Virus record (IMG/VR): IMGVR_UViG_3300020477_000990
Coordinates: 186,001 to 250,000 of that record
DNA: 64,000 nt
Reading direction: 5' to 3' (one strand)
A program made the translations under genes and the position numbers. Of this stretch, positions 1-9,792 are shown piece by piece. How positions within the stretch are numbered: the stretch's first letter is position 1; every line of letters starts with the position of its first letter. The notes below the pieces were generated by a model. The model saw nothing but the letters and a program-made list of their open reading frames with translations. It was not told where the DNA came from and did not search any database.

Positions 1-9
1 TTTTTTTGG

Positions 10-37
10 TTGACAGATTTCTATAGTATGCTATTAT
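10..37 (+). promoter_or_regulatory. sigma70-like early promoter
   Basis: TTGACA (10-15), 16 nt, then TG-n-TATTAT extended -10 (29-37). Confidence 0.65.
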
Positions 38-63
38 AGTTGAATATGTGGAGGTTATTAATT

Positions 64-636
64 ATGTATAAATTAAAAACAATAGTTGCAGGTTTGTTTG
101 CTATATTATTATTAACAAATTGTACAGCAACAACTGGTCAAACTGTTTCTAAAACAGATACCTATACATTAGGTGGAGCAGTAGTTGGCGGAGTTATTGG
201 TAATCAATTTGGTAGTGGAAGTGGTAAGACTGCGGCTACTATAGTTGGAATATTACTAGGTTCAAACATTGGTAATAATATTGGTCAACAATTAGATCAA
301 TATGATGAACTAAAACATCAAAAAGCGGCCTATCAAGCATTAGAGTATACTAAAGACGGAGTTCCAGTTAGATGGTCAAATCCAAATGGTCATAAAGGTG
401 GAATAATGATTACAGATACTTACTATATTGAAAACGGCCAGGTACCTTGTCGTAAGTTTTATCAAGAAGTACAAATTGGTGCTAGAATAGAAACAGGTGA
501 AGGAATTGCTTGTAGAACAGCATCAGGTAAATGGGAACTTATGAAAGATCCTAAAGTAAAGATTGAAAATGGTATGCAAGTCACTAATGATAAAGGCCAA
601 TATATGCTAACACCTGTTGGCGTTGGTTGGAATTAA
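64..636 (+). CDS. Lipoprotein with glycine-zipper 2TM and 17-kDa surface antigen-like C-terminal domain
   Basis: Start moved to ATG 64 (GGAGG at 50-54); lipobox LLTN-C; GGAVVGGVIG/GILLGSNIG glycine zipper; 'WSNP...CRKFYQEVQIG...GIACR...G.W' resembles Rickettsia 17-kDa antigen family. Confidence 0.75.
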   Translation: MYKLKTIVAGLFAILLLTNCTATTGQTVSKTDTYTLGGAVVGGVIGNQFGSGSGKTAATIVGILLGSNIGNNIGQQLDQYDELKHQKAAYQALEYTKDGVPVRWSNPNGHKGGIMITDTYYIENGQVPCRKFYQEVQIGARIETGEGIACRTASGKWELMKDPKVKIENGMQVTNDKGQYMLTPVGVGWN

Positions 637-2096
637 CTTGTATATTCTTCCCTAGCATAAGGTTCTCTAGATGGGAACCTTGTTAGGATTGTTCCTACCC
701 TCTCAGTATTTCTCGTATCAGTATCAGGACTTCTTGTATAAAGAGTATTTGTAAAATACAATTCACCTTTAGCATTTGCTTTAACAGTCAGCCCACCATA
801 ATTACTTGCACCAGCGGCTTCTGGTCCATTCATATGAACATTTGTTGCAGTTTCTATATGATCACCGCCACTTTTAATATTAGTACTTGCAGAAGCAGTA
901 AAATGATTTGCTCCTGTAGTTGATAAATGGAAATCACTTCCGGAAGTAATTTTTGTATTGTTACCTGTTTTAATGTTTACTGAACCTTCAACATCTAAAT
1001 TTAAATTACCTTCAACTGACGTTAATATGTTTGTTGTATCAGATGGTTGTCCACTATCACTAGTTTTATGAGCTTTAATATTAATATGTCTTCCTGACTC
1101 AATATTAAAATCTCTATCTGCTCTAAAATTAATATCTTTTTGTGAACGCACACTAATTGAATCATTTGCCCAAACATCTATTTTACCATCATTATCAATT
1201 TCAACATATCCAGATCCTTTTTTATTAATAATATAAACATTACCATTAGATTCATCTAATAATATTTGGGCTCCAGATTTAGTTCTTAATCTAATTAATT
1301 GTTGGTCACCATCATCCATTACAAATTGGTTTGCATCTGGTGTTAATATACCAAATACTTTTGAAGGTGTTTCACGTCTAGCTGATGACGATGTTAATCC
1401 TCTATTAGTATCAGATTCTAATCCTTGTTCTCTTAATCCTTCAAAGTGTGGAGTATGTGTAGGTCTTTTAATACCTGATTCTGGTTCACTAGTACTTTTT
1501 CGTTCTTTTGTCCAGTCAACGTCATCTGCTATTTCTGATAATTTATTGTATTCAGTTACTGGACAATCTTTTGATTCTTCATCATTAGATGTAAATGTTC
1601 CTGAACGAGCAATTCCTGGAACCATATGATTCATTAAATGTTGATATAAACAACCAACAACTACACCTCTAGAAATATCACCACCAACAAACATTACTAA
1701 AACTTTATTTCCAACATCAGGTGGAATCATCCACATACCATAACTTCTTTGTGAACCACTATATGTTTTAGATGGATCTGTATTTAAATGTGGAGTAACT
1801 ATTTCGCCTGGGGCAATATTATTATTAATATTTGTTGCTCCAGCAAATGGAGAAGACCAACGAACAGTTAAATTAAGATGTGTTTCATTAACATCAAATG
1901 AGTCTGGTAAAAAATCTACATTAACGTTTGCTCCAATTAAGCGAACAGTTAGCCTACCATTTTTTTGTATATCAGCGGCACTAATAACGATAGCTTCGTA
2001 TATGCCGTCATATGTTTTAACGTGACCTAGTGATTTAGCACTATCACTTTCTAAATTTTTAACATTTGATATTCTAGTTATTTTTTTAGTTGCCAT
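633..2096 (-). CDS. Baseplate central spike / gp5-VgrG-like protein (OB-fold + beta-helix, no lysozyme domain seen)
   Basis: 'PPDVGNKVLVMFVGGDISRGVVVGCL' gp5 OB-fold motif; C-terminal repetitive beta-strands; baseplate context. Confidence 0.8.
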   Translation of the reverse strand: MATKKITRISNVKNLESDSAKSLGHVKTYDGIYEAIVISAADIQKNGRLTVRLIGANVNVDFLPDSFDVNETHLNLTVRWSSPFAGATNINNNIAPGEIVTPHLNTDPSKTYSGSQRSYGMWMIPPDVGNKVLVMFVGGDISRGVVVGCLYQHLMNHMVPGIARSGTFTSNDEESKDCPVTEYNKLSEIADDVDWTKERKSTSEPESGIKRPTHTPHFEGLREQGLESDTNRGLTSSSARRETPSKVFGILTPDANQFVMDDGDQQLIRLRTKSGAQILLDESNGNVYIINKKGSGYVEIDNDGKIDVWANDSISVRSQKDINFRADRDFNIESGRHINIKAHKTSDSGQPSDTTNILTSVEGNLNLDVEGSVNIKTGNNTKITSGSDFHLSTTGANHFTASASTNIKSGGDHIETATNVHMNGPEAAGASNYGGLTVKANAKGELYFTNTLYTRSPDTDTRNTERVGTILTRFPSREPYAREEYTS

Positions 2097-5044
2097 TATT
2101 CTTCTCCAAATGATTCTAAAGTATTAGTATTATATATAAACGTTTCTCTAGGTCCTTTAATATTTTGTGTAAATTGACCACCTTCAAATCTACTAACAAT
2201 TTCTACTGCGGCATACACACCATTTAATAATCTTTCTTTATGTGTATCGCCTGGTGTTGCAATTCCAGTTTCTAAACTTGGTTCTCCAGCACTAGTACGT
2301 GCTGTAAATAGTAAATAATTTTCTCCAGCAAAGGTTGATACAGAGAATTCATCTGGATCATTTTCACTTTCTAACCAAAATATATCACCTCTAATTTCCA
2401 TATCCATTTGTACCATATCAGCTTGGAAGTCACTTAAAGTACCTTCCATTACCATATCAAATTGGTGTTTTCCTTTGTTTTTAGGATGTCCTTCACTATT
2501 ATATTTACCGCTCTCAGAACGATTAAGTCCCCACATTACTGTTACAGGACGATCCATACTTTCAATTTTATCAACTAATGATTGCTCATTTATTTTTTCT
2601 GCGTAAATTTGTTTAAAGTTTTCAGTTCCATCTACAGATACAGGAGTTTTTGCATCATCGTTCATTCTACCACGAACAATAACTTCTTTTTTATTTCCGA
2701 ACTCGTCTTCTACAACTTTAGTTCCACCATAAGTTGCTAACTGTCTATCTTCTTTTGTGTTTAAAGATTCAAGTGAGGTCGCCAATGCCTGGTCTGCTTC
2801 AAATGTACCATCTTTAATACCTGCAACAAATTGACTTACTAATTCTTTTCTTTCTTTTTCAAAATTACTTAATCCTGATTTCATTTCTTCTGTATTCTTT
2901 TTTTCTAATGAACTTGCTTTTGTTTTTAAATAACTTTTCCATGCTTCACGAACATTTTTTTGTTGTTCTCTAAAGTCATTAACTCTTATTGATGACTCTT
3001 TGATTTTTGTTTGTGCAGTATCATCTAACCCGGTAAATAAGTTTTGATAACTTTGTAGTGCCATGAAAAAATTATTATTATACTTAATATCAAATCTTAA
3101 AACTTTATCGTTTAACCCTGTAAATAGATAATCATATCTTTTCCTCATACATTTGTATGATGTAGTTTGACCTTCTTCACTACCAAAATTTTCATTTACT
3201 AGTGCTGTTATTTTCTTTTTTGCCCATTCTTCTGATTTATTAAATATTCCTTGTAAAATTTCTGGTCTGATAGTTGGAAACAATGATACTGTATAATGAT
3301 ATTCTCTAGCATAATCATTTCTTAATGAATCCCAAGCTATGTTAACAACGTCACATTTAATTTTAAAAATATATTTTATATGGTTTTTAACTTTATCTGA
3401 ATCATTTGAATCTGGATCTTCGTCATCAGGATTAAATCCTTTGGCTAAATTTTGCATTTTTTTTGAATGCGATAATCCAAATTCTAGTATTCTATCTAAA
3501 CTTGTATCTTGTGGAATAACAAATGATCTTAAAGTTGGATCCCATAACTCTTTATCCAATCCAGTACTTCTGTTTTCAGCAGTTGACTCTTTTTCTCCAT
3601 CAGTTGGAACAATATCATCATCGCCAATAAATTTTTTAGCTCCTGGACTTAAATGTATGTAATATTCATCTAATGTTTCTTTTTCAATTGCTAATTTATC
3701 AACTTCGTTAAGATTAATTGCTTCTGCTACTGAATCACATAAATTTTTAACTGTTCTAATATTGTTAAGTTGTAATGGTCTATCTGTAGTAAAGACGTGA
3801 TCGTATTTTCCTTGGTCACCTGCTCTAATACATTGTAAACTATATATTGCTCCTGATGTATCTACAGAAGTTTCTACAGCAATTATATTAATTAAAAATT
3901 GTCTTTCAGTATTTGGAATTGGTTTTACAATTTCTCCTGTATCTGGTTTACGTCCTATGAATTGGAGTTTCAATAAGTATGTTGCTTTTAAGCCATCTGG
4001 CATACCAAGTTTAACTGCACTATTAACTAAAATTGTTGTAAGTGATTCTCCTAATGGCTGAGCCATTGTAATCATAAAATCAACAGCCCCAGAAACTCTA
4101 TGAGCATTGCTAATTGGACCACCCACAGCATTAATTTGCACTCCTTGTATATTCATAACTGTAGAGGCTGTTTCTGCAATTGTAATAGGTTGTATAGTTG
4201 GACTCCATTTATTAAAAGATTTTCCACCTTCAACAATATATCTTTGAGCTCTAATGGCATCATCTTCATGAAGCATTTGTAGTTCAAAGTTATATGTTGG
4301 TCCATCATAATCTAAAAGTACATTTCTTTGAAAAAAGTGTGATAAATTTCTTTCAGCATCAGAAGTTACATTACCAGCTTTGTCTTTATAGTCGATATCA
4401 TCAAACCTTTGGAGAGCAACTGTTATATCTTTTTTAGTAAATTTTACAGCCGAACCTTCATGAGGATTTATAACAATTTTATCCTTTAGTACTGCTTTGT
4501 CTTCATTTGAAAACTTTTTTATTTTACCTTCTCCGGCATTTTCGTCACCTTCAAATAATCCTGGTTGTCTATCAGAAATTATTGATGCATTTGAATTTTT
4601 AATTATTTCTGCATGATCTCTATATGCTTTTGTATATATTGGATGTTGGAATGTTTTTTTCTCTTTACTTGCAACAGTATTATCAGTATTAGTAAGTGAA
4701 TTTTCTAAACTTCTTTTCCAACCAACATGAGCAAAACCTTTACCTGCGGCAGTATGATCACCTTTATAGTTGTTACCATGGGCTAATATTTCACTATGGT
4801 TAGTTTTTTTATTAGTAAGATCTTCGCCGCCAGTAACAATAGCTTCTGCAGATATACTATTTTTATGATTAGCTACCTCGGCAAATGCTCTAGGTTTATA
4901 AAATTTTCCATCTTTTATAAATCCACCTCTAGTTCGAACACCTCCCTCGATTTTACCCCAGTTTGGGTTTTCAGTCACAACCTCATCTTTCTTTTTATTT
5001 TTTTCTTTGTGTGCTGGATGTTTATTTTTTCCAAAGCCAACCAT
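2096..5044 (-). CDS. Large baseplate hub-like protein (gp27/VgrG-N-like)
   Basis: 982 aa; lies between LysM/wedge gene and spike; C-terminal 'YAAVEIVSRFEGGQFTQ' resembles hub proteins. Confidence 0.5.
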   Translation of the reverse strand: MVGFGKNKHPAHKEKNKKKDEVVTENPNWGKIEGGVRTRGGFIKDGKFYKPRAFAEVANHKNSISAEAIVTGGEDLTNKKTNHSEILAHGNNYKGDHTAAGKGFAHVGWKRSLENSLTNTDNTVASKEKKTFQHPIYTKAYRDHAEIIKNSNASIISDRQPGLFEGDENAGEGKIKKFSNEDKAVLKDKIVINPHEGSAVKFTKKDITVALQRFDDIDYKDKAGNVTSDAERNLSHFFQRNVLLDYDGPTYNFELQMLHEDDAIRAQRYIVEGGKSFNKWSPTIQPITIAETASTVMNIQGVQINAVGGPISNAHRVSGAVDFMITMAQPLGESLTTILVNSAVKLGMPDGLKATYLLKLQFIGRKPDTGEIVKPIPNTERQFLINIIAVETSVDTSGAIYSLQCIRAGDQGKYDHVFTTDRPLQLNNIRTVKNLCDSVAEAINLNEVDKLAIEKETLDEYYIHLSPGAKKFIGDDDIVPTDGEKESTAENRSTGLDKELWDPTLRSFVIPQDTSLDRILEFGLSHSKKMQNLAKGFNPDDEDPDSNDSDKVKNHIKYIFKIKCDVVNIAWDSLRNDYAREYHYTVSLFPTIRPEILQGIFNKSEEWAKKKITALVNENFGSEEGQTTSYKCMRKRYDYLFTGLNDKVLRFDIKYNNNFFMALQSYQNLFTGLDDTAQTKIKESSIRVNDFREQQKNVREAWKSYLKTKASSLEKKNTEEMKSGLSNFEKERKELVSQFVAGIKDGTFEADQALATSLESLNTKEDRQLATYGGTKVVEDEFGNKKEVIVRGRMNDDAKTPVSVDGTENFKQIYAEKINEQSLVDKIESMDRPVTVMWGLNRSESGKYNSEGHPKNKGKHQFDMVMEGTLSDFQADMVQMDMEIRGDIFWLESENDPDEFSVSTFAGENYLLFTARTSAGEPSLETGIATPGDTHKERLLNGVYAAVEIVSRFEGGQFTQNIKGPRETFIYNTNTLESFGEE

Positions 5045-5050
5045 AGTTAC

Positions 5051-5335
5051 CTACCTTATATTTTTTAATTTAGGAATTCTAATTACTATACCTGCTCTAA
5101 AATCTTGAATAGGATCAATTAATATGTTTTCATTTCTTACAGCAAATACCCACCAATAGTCTACAGTTCCATATTTATTGTTTGATAATAAATCTGGTCT
5201 TTTGTCATATTTTGATTCAATAACATAAGACTCATCTGACTCATCTTTAATAATATATTTTGGATCCATTATATCAAGGTAATCACCTTTAATTGATGTT
5301 TTACTATATGGACTTGTAGATTTATATGATGCCAT
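5051..5335 (-). CDS. Baseplate wedge LysM/gp53-like protein
   Basis: 'RPDLLS...YGTVDYWWVFAVRN...DF..G..IRIP' LysM/tail-X pattern. Confidence 0.75.
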   Translation of the reverse strand: MASYKSTSPYSKTSIKGDYLDIMDPKYIIKDESDESYVIESKYDKRPDLLSNNKYGTVDYWWVFAVRNENILIDPIQDFRAGIVIRIPKLKNIR

Positions 5336-6045
5336 TAATAAAATCCTTTATCTAATAATTTTCCTGTACGGAAATCTTCTAAATTAAATTCGTCTCTTAA
5401 TGCTGATGGATTAGGACTTACAACCAAATCAACAAACACATTAAGAATTAATGGTACATATGATTTTGATAGCATTTCTTGAAGTTGTGAAGTTTCGTTT
5501 CTTTGTTCTTGGATATTCATTCCTTCATAATCCATTGAAGAACCGCATGGAACATAATCAACATCTTGGTCTAAACCATAAGCAACTGATCTTATATATA
5601 CTGGTGTTCTATCAAACATTGCAGGACCATAAGCACTAAAGGCTAATTTTGGAGGTGGTGTACCTCTTTTTTGACGGTCTGCTTTATCTGATTCAACTCC
5701 ACCAAAAGCAGATTTTGACACCACTCTAAAAAAATGTAAAGCGGCCATCATATATGATGCTTCTTCTTCAGTATGAGCACCAAAAGTTCCTGTAACAGTC
5801 ATTGATGGTGATTGTGTTCTTGAGTATGCTAGATAATCATAGTTTGTGTGTGGTAGTTCATATTGTCCAAAACCAACGTTGGCGTGTTGTACTTGAATCA
5901 TTGGAGTATATGGAAACATTAATCCATTTGTTTTCCATAATGGTCTTATTAAATTACCTGGTTCATCTGGACCATAAATTAAGGCCTTATGTTCAGGTAA
6001 TTTACCCATTGCTTGAATTTTTGCTCTATAATCTGTACGTGCCAT
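5335..6045 (-). CDS. Tail tube initiator / baseplate gp48-gp54-like protein
   Basis: 'LMFPYTPMI...TNY.Y.AY...SP...VTGTF' tube-initiator pattern; directly upstream of LysM gene. Confidence 0.6.
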   Translation of the reverse strand: MARTDYRAKIQAMGKLPEHKALIYGPDEPGNLIRPLWKTNGLMFPYTPMIQVQHANVGFGQYELPHTNYDYLAYSRTQSPSMTVTGTFGAHTEEEASYMMAALHFFRVVSKSAFGGVESDKADRQKRGTPPPKLAFSAYGPAMFDRTPVYIRSVAYGLDQDVDYVPCGSSMDYEGMNIQEQRNETSQLQEMLSKSYVPLILNVFVDLVVSPNPSALRDEFNLEDFRTGKLLDKGFY

Positions 6046-6053
6046 TATAGTAT

Positions 6054-6059
6054 TATTTA
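6054..6059 (-). promoter_or_regulatory. Late promoter core TAAATA for baseplate operon
   Basis: TAAATA 8 nt upstream of ATG 6045; no SD. Confidence 0.6.
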
Positions 6060-6096
6060 TTGGAAAAATTAACTACACACATAATAAAAAACATTC

Positions 6097-6125
6097 TTGA
6101 CTTTTAGCCGTTAATATTATATTAT
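6097..6125 (+). promoter_or_regulatory. sigma70-like promoter for gp55-gp47-gp46
   Basis: TTGACT-17-TATTAT. Confidence 0.6.
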
Positions 6126-6149
6126 ATTATATAAATCAAAGGATATAGT

Positions 6150-6956
6150 GTGGCTAAAAGAGTAAATTACCTTAATAACAAAGATATGTTGGCTGAAATT
6201 CATAAGAGTAAAACCTCTTATTGCCATTATACAAAGCCAGAATATCAGCAATATGACATAATTTTACCAAGTATTTCAAAGATTAATAGGCTAACAATAT
6301 CACAAGCACGTAAGAACCATGCAGAAAGATTACTTCAAATTAAAGTAGATGAGCTTGGGCTAAAAAGATCACAATATGATGAATATAGAGTTGATCATAA
6401 AACAATACCTGTAACTTCTTTAATTTTTAGAGTAATGACATATGATCATATTCCAGATGAACCGGGGCGTAAATTAAATCCAAAAACTGTTGCTGACACA
6501 AAAGTTAAATTAAATTTTCCACCATTTAAACATTATAAGTTAAACAAAAATGGACAACCTTTTGAAGTAGGAAAAAGCCATTATAGAAATCATAATGAAT
6601 TTTGTTTAGATCATGGAAAAATTACACCAAAGTTAGCTACTATGTTTATTAAGTTATGCCATAGATATGGTACACGAGCTAACTGGCGAGGATATACGTA
6701 TAACGATGAAATGCAAGGACAAGCATTGTTACAATTATCACAAATTGGTTTACAATTTGATGAGTCAAAATCACAAAATCCATTTGCTTATTATACAGCA
6801 ACAATTACAAACTCATTTACAAGAGTTTTGAATATGGAAAAGAAAAATCAAAATTTAAGAGATGACTTGTTACAAGAGGCAGGAGTAATGCCATCCTTAA
6901 CAAGACAAATGCAAAACGAAGAAAAGCAGAAAGAACCACCCAAGGAAACTAAATGA
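6150..6956 (+). CDS. gp55: Late transcription sigma factor, T4 gp55-like
   Basis: N-terminal 'NYLNNKDML.EI' and 'NPFAYYT..I.NSF.R.LN.EKK'; upstream of gp47/gp46 as in T4-like phages. Confidence 0.8.
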   Translation: MAKRVNYLNNKDMLAEIHKSKTSYCHYTKPEYQQYDIILPSISKINRLTISQARKNHAERLLQIKVDELGLKRSQYDEYRVDHKTIPVTSLIFRVMTYDHIPDEPGRKLNPKTVADTKVKLNFPPFKHYKLNKNGQPFEVGKSHYRNHNEFCLDHGKITPKLATMFIKLCHRYGTRANWRGYTYNDEMQGQALLQLSQIGLQFDESKSQNPFAYYTATITNSFTRVLNMEKKNQNLRDDLLQEAGVMPSLTRQMQNEEKQKEPPKETK

Positions 6957-7963
6957 CGTTATTTAAAAAGGCGGCGTGTTTTACTGACATACACTTTGGT
7001 ATGAAAAACAATGCTAGGCAACATAACATAGATTGTGAAAATTTTGTCAAATGGTTTATAGAAGAAGCTAAAGAACGTGGATGCGAAACCTGTTTCTTTT
7101 TAGGCGATTGGCACCACCAAAGATCCGCAATTAATATTTCAACATTAAATTATTCAATATCAAATTTAAAAAGATTAAATGAATCTTTTGAAAAAGTTTA
7201 TTTTATTGTTGGTAATCATGATTTATTTTATAGAGATAAACGTGAGATATCTTCAGTAGTATTTGCTAATGAACTTGCAAATATTAAAGTAGTTGATGAA
7301 TGGATTGTTGAAGATGAAGTTGCTATTATACCATGGTTAGTAGGTGATGAATGGAAACAAATTAAAAAAATGAAATGTAAGTATATGTTTGGTCATTTTG
7401 AATTGCCACATTTTAAAATGAACGCAATGGTAGAGATGCCAGATATAGGAACAATACGAAGTGACCATTTTAAAAATGTTGGTCAAGTGTTTACAGGACA
7501 TTTTCATAAAAGACAACATTCAGGGAATATTTCTTATATTGGAAATCCTTTTCCTCATAACTTTGCAGATGTTTGGGATGATGACCGTGGAGCAATGTTT
7601 TTAGAATGGGACCAAAAACCAGAATATAGAATTTGGCCTGACGCACCTAGATATAGATCAATTAATTTAAGCAAGTTATTAGAAGACCCAGAAACAGTTT
7701 TAGAACCAAATTCTTATATAAGAGTAAAAGTAGATTTAGATATTTCATATGAAGAAGCAAATTTTATTAAAGAAAATTTTGCACAAAATTATGATATTAG
7801 AGATTTATCTTTAATACCGCAGAAAAAAGAAGAACACGCACAAGAAGTAGAAGGTGAGATTATATTTGAATCAGTTGATCAAATAGTAACAAATCAATTA
7901 TCAAAAATAGAATCTGATACTTTTGAAAATAATGTGCTAATTGAGATTTACAATAATTTATGA
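6953..7963 (+). CDS. gp47: Recombination endonuclease, Mre11/SbcD-like
   Basis: Phosphoesterase motifs DIHFG, GDWHH, GNHD, GHF, GHFH. Confidence 0.92.
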   Translation: MTLFKKAACFTDIHFGMKNNARQHNIDCENFVKWFIEEAKERGCETCFFLGDWHHQRSAINISTLNYSISNLKRLNESFEKVYFIVGNHDLFYRDKREISSVVFANELANIKVVDEWIVEDEVAIIPWLVGDEWKQIKKMKCKYMFGHFELPHFKMNAMVEMPDIGTIRSDHFKNVGQVFTGHFHKRQHSGNISYIGNPFPHNFADVWDDDRGAMFLEWDQKPEYRIWPDAPRYRSINLSKLLEDPETVLEPNSYIRVKVDLDISYEEANFIKENFAQNYDIRDLSLIPQKKEEHAQEVEGEIIFESVDQIVTNQLSKIESDTFENNVLIEIYNNL

Positions 7964-9792
7964 TTAAATTACAAAACATAACTATTAAAAATTTTATGAG
8001 TGTAGGTAATACTACTCAAGCAGTTAATTTTTCCCATGATGGACTTACACTAGTTCTTGGTAATAATTTAGACTTGGGTGGTGAAGGTTCTAGAAATGGT
8101 ACTGGAAAAACTACACTTATAAATGCTCTAAGCTATGCAATATATGGACAAGCACTTACAAATATTCGTAAGGACAATCTTGTTAATAAAACTAACAATA
8201 AAAACATGATTGTTACTGTGGATTTTGAAAAGGATGGTCACAAGTATAGATTAGAGAGAGGACGTAAGCCTAATAAATTCCAATTCATTGTTGACGATGC
8301 CGTTGTAAACGAGCAAGGTACAGATGAAGCACAAGGAGAAAATAGACTTACGCAAGATGAGGTGTTGAGGGTATTTGACATGAGCCACACCATGTTTAAA
8401 CATATTGTTGCCCTCAACACTTACACCGAACCATTTTTAGCAATGAAATCAAATGACCAACGTTCTATTATTGAAGAATTGTTAGGTATATTAAGGTTAA
8501 GTGAAAAAGCAGAAGTATTAAAAGAAAGAATTCGAGAAGTTAATGATGATATAAAAACTGAACAAGCACGATTAGAACAAATTAAAATATCAAATGAAAA
8601 AATTGAAGATACTATTAGAAAGTTTCATATTAAAAGTATTGCTTGGGAAGAGTCACATAAAAAAGCAATTACAGAACTTACTAATGGTATTATAGAATTA
8701 GAAAAAATAGATATTAATAGTGAAATTGAAAAACATAAATTACTAACATTATGGCAAGAACAATCTCAAAAAATTAAATCATATACACAAAATCTAAACT
8801 TTAATAAAAGTAATATAGTTGCTGTACAGAAGCAAATAGACTCTTTAAACACACAATTAAACACACTTGATGGTAAGCAATGCCCTATGTGTGAACAAGA
8901 ATTGCATACAGAGAAGCATACGCACTTGGTTGATGACGTTAAGGTACAACATACTGCTAAACTTGAAGAAGAAACACAAATACAATCAACAATAGAGTCA
9001 ATTGAAAAGCAAATTGCTGAACAAGGAGATATTGGTGAAAGGCCGGAAACAGCATACAGTTCAGCTGATGAGGCATATCAACATAGGCAAAATCTTGCAG
9101 AGTTAAAAACACAATTAGAAACAGAACAGCAAAAAGAAAATCCTCATACAGAACAAATTAATACTTTAAAAACTAAAAATATAGAAGAAGTTGATTATGC
9201 ACAAATTAATTCTTTAACAAAACTAAAAGATCATCAAGACTTTTTATATAAATTATTAACATCAAAAGATTCATTTATACGTAAAAAAATTATTGATCAA
9301 AACTTATTATATTTGAATTCAAGATTAAATTATTATTTGGATAAAATTGGTTTGCCTCATGAGGTTGTGTTTAAATCAGATTTATCTGTAGAAATTACTG
9401 AACTAGGACGAGAGTTAGACTTTGATAACTTATCTAGAGGTGAACGTAATAGACTTATACTTGGTTTAAGTTGGGCATTTAGAGATGTGTATGAATCAAT
9501 GAATACTACTGTAAACTTATTGTTTATTGACGAACTTGTAGATTCTGGTATGGATACAATGGGTGTAGAGTCAGCAATGTCGGTATTGAAAAAAATGTCT
9601 AGAGAACGTAGTAAAAATGTTTTCTTAATTTCACACAGAGATGAGCTAACATCTAGATGTTCTAATGTATTAAATGTTGTTAAAGAAAATGGATTTACAT
9701 CATTTGCTACAGACATTGAAACTGTAAGTCATAAATCACATCCTGATTTGTTTAAGGAAAAAGCAAATGAGCACGATACAGTTAGCACCTAA
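7960..9792 (+). CDS. gp46: Recombination ATPase, Rad50/SbcC-like
   Basis: Walker A NGTGKTT, coiled coil with CPMC zinc hook, LSRGE signature, LFIDE Walker B. Confidence 0.93.
   Translation: MIKLQNITIKNFMSVGNTTQAVNFSHDGLTLVLGNNLDLGGEGSRNGTGKTTLINALSYAIYGQALTNIRKDNLVNKTNNKNMIVTVDFEKDGHKYRLERGRKPNKFQFIVDDAVVNEQGTDEAQGENRLTQDEVLRVFDMSHTMFKHIVALNTYTEPFLAMKSNDQRSIIEELLGILRLSEKAEVLKERIREVNDDIKTEQARLEQIKISNEKIEDTIRKFHIKSIAWEESHKKAITELTNGIIELEKIDINSEIEKHKLLTLWQEQSQKIKSYTQNLNFNKSNIVAVQKQIDSLNTQLNTLDGKQCPMCEQELHTEKHTHLVDDVKVQHTAKLEEETQIQSTIESIEKQIAEQGDIGERPETAYSSADEAYQHRQNLAELKTQLETEQQKENPHTEQINTLKTKNIEEVDYAQINSLTKLKDHQDFLYKLLTSKDSFIRKKIIDQNLLYLNSRLNYYLDKIGLPHEVVFKSDLSVEITELGRELDFDNLSRGERNRLILGLSWAFRDVYESMNTTVNLLFIDELVDSGMDTMGVESAMSVLKKMSRERSKNVFLISHRDELTSRCSNVLNVVKENGFTSFATDIETVSHKSHPDLFKEKANEHDTVST

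Noticed and set aside
40-63. ORF-track start extensions at 40, 57542, 61896 and 50254
   Set aside because: They overlap promoters or upstream genes; downstream ATGs fit SD, promoter or coupling geometry better.
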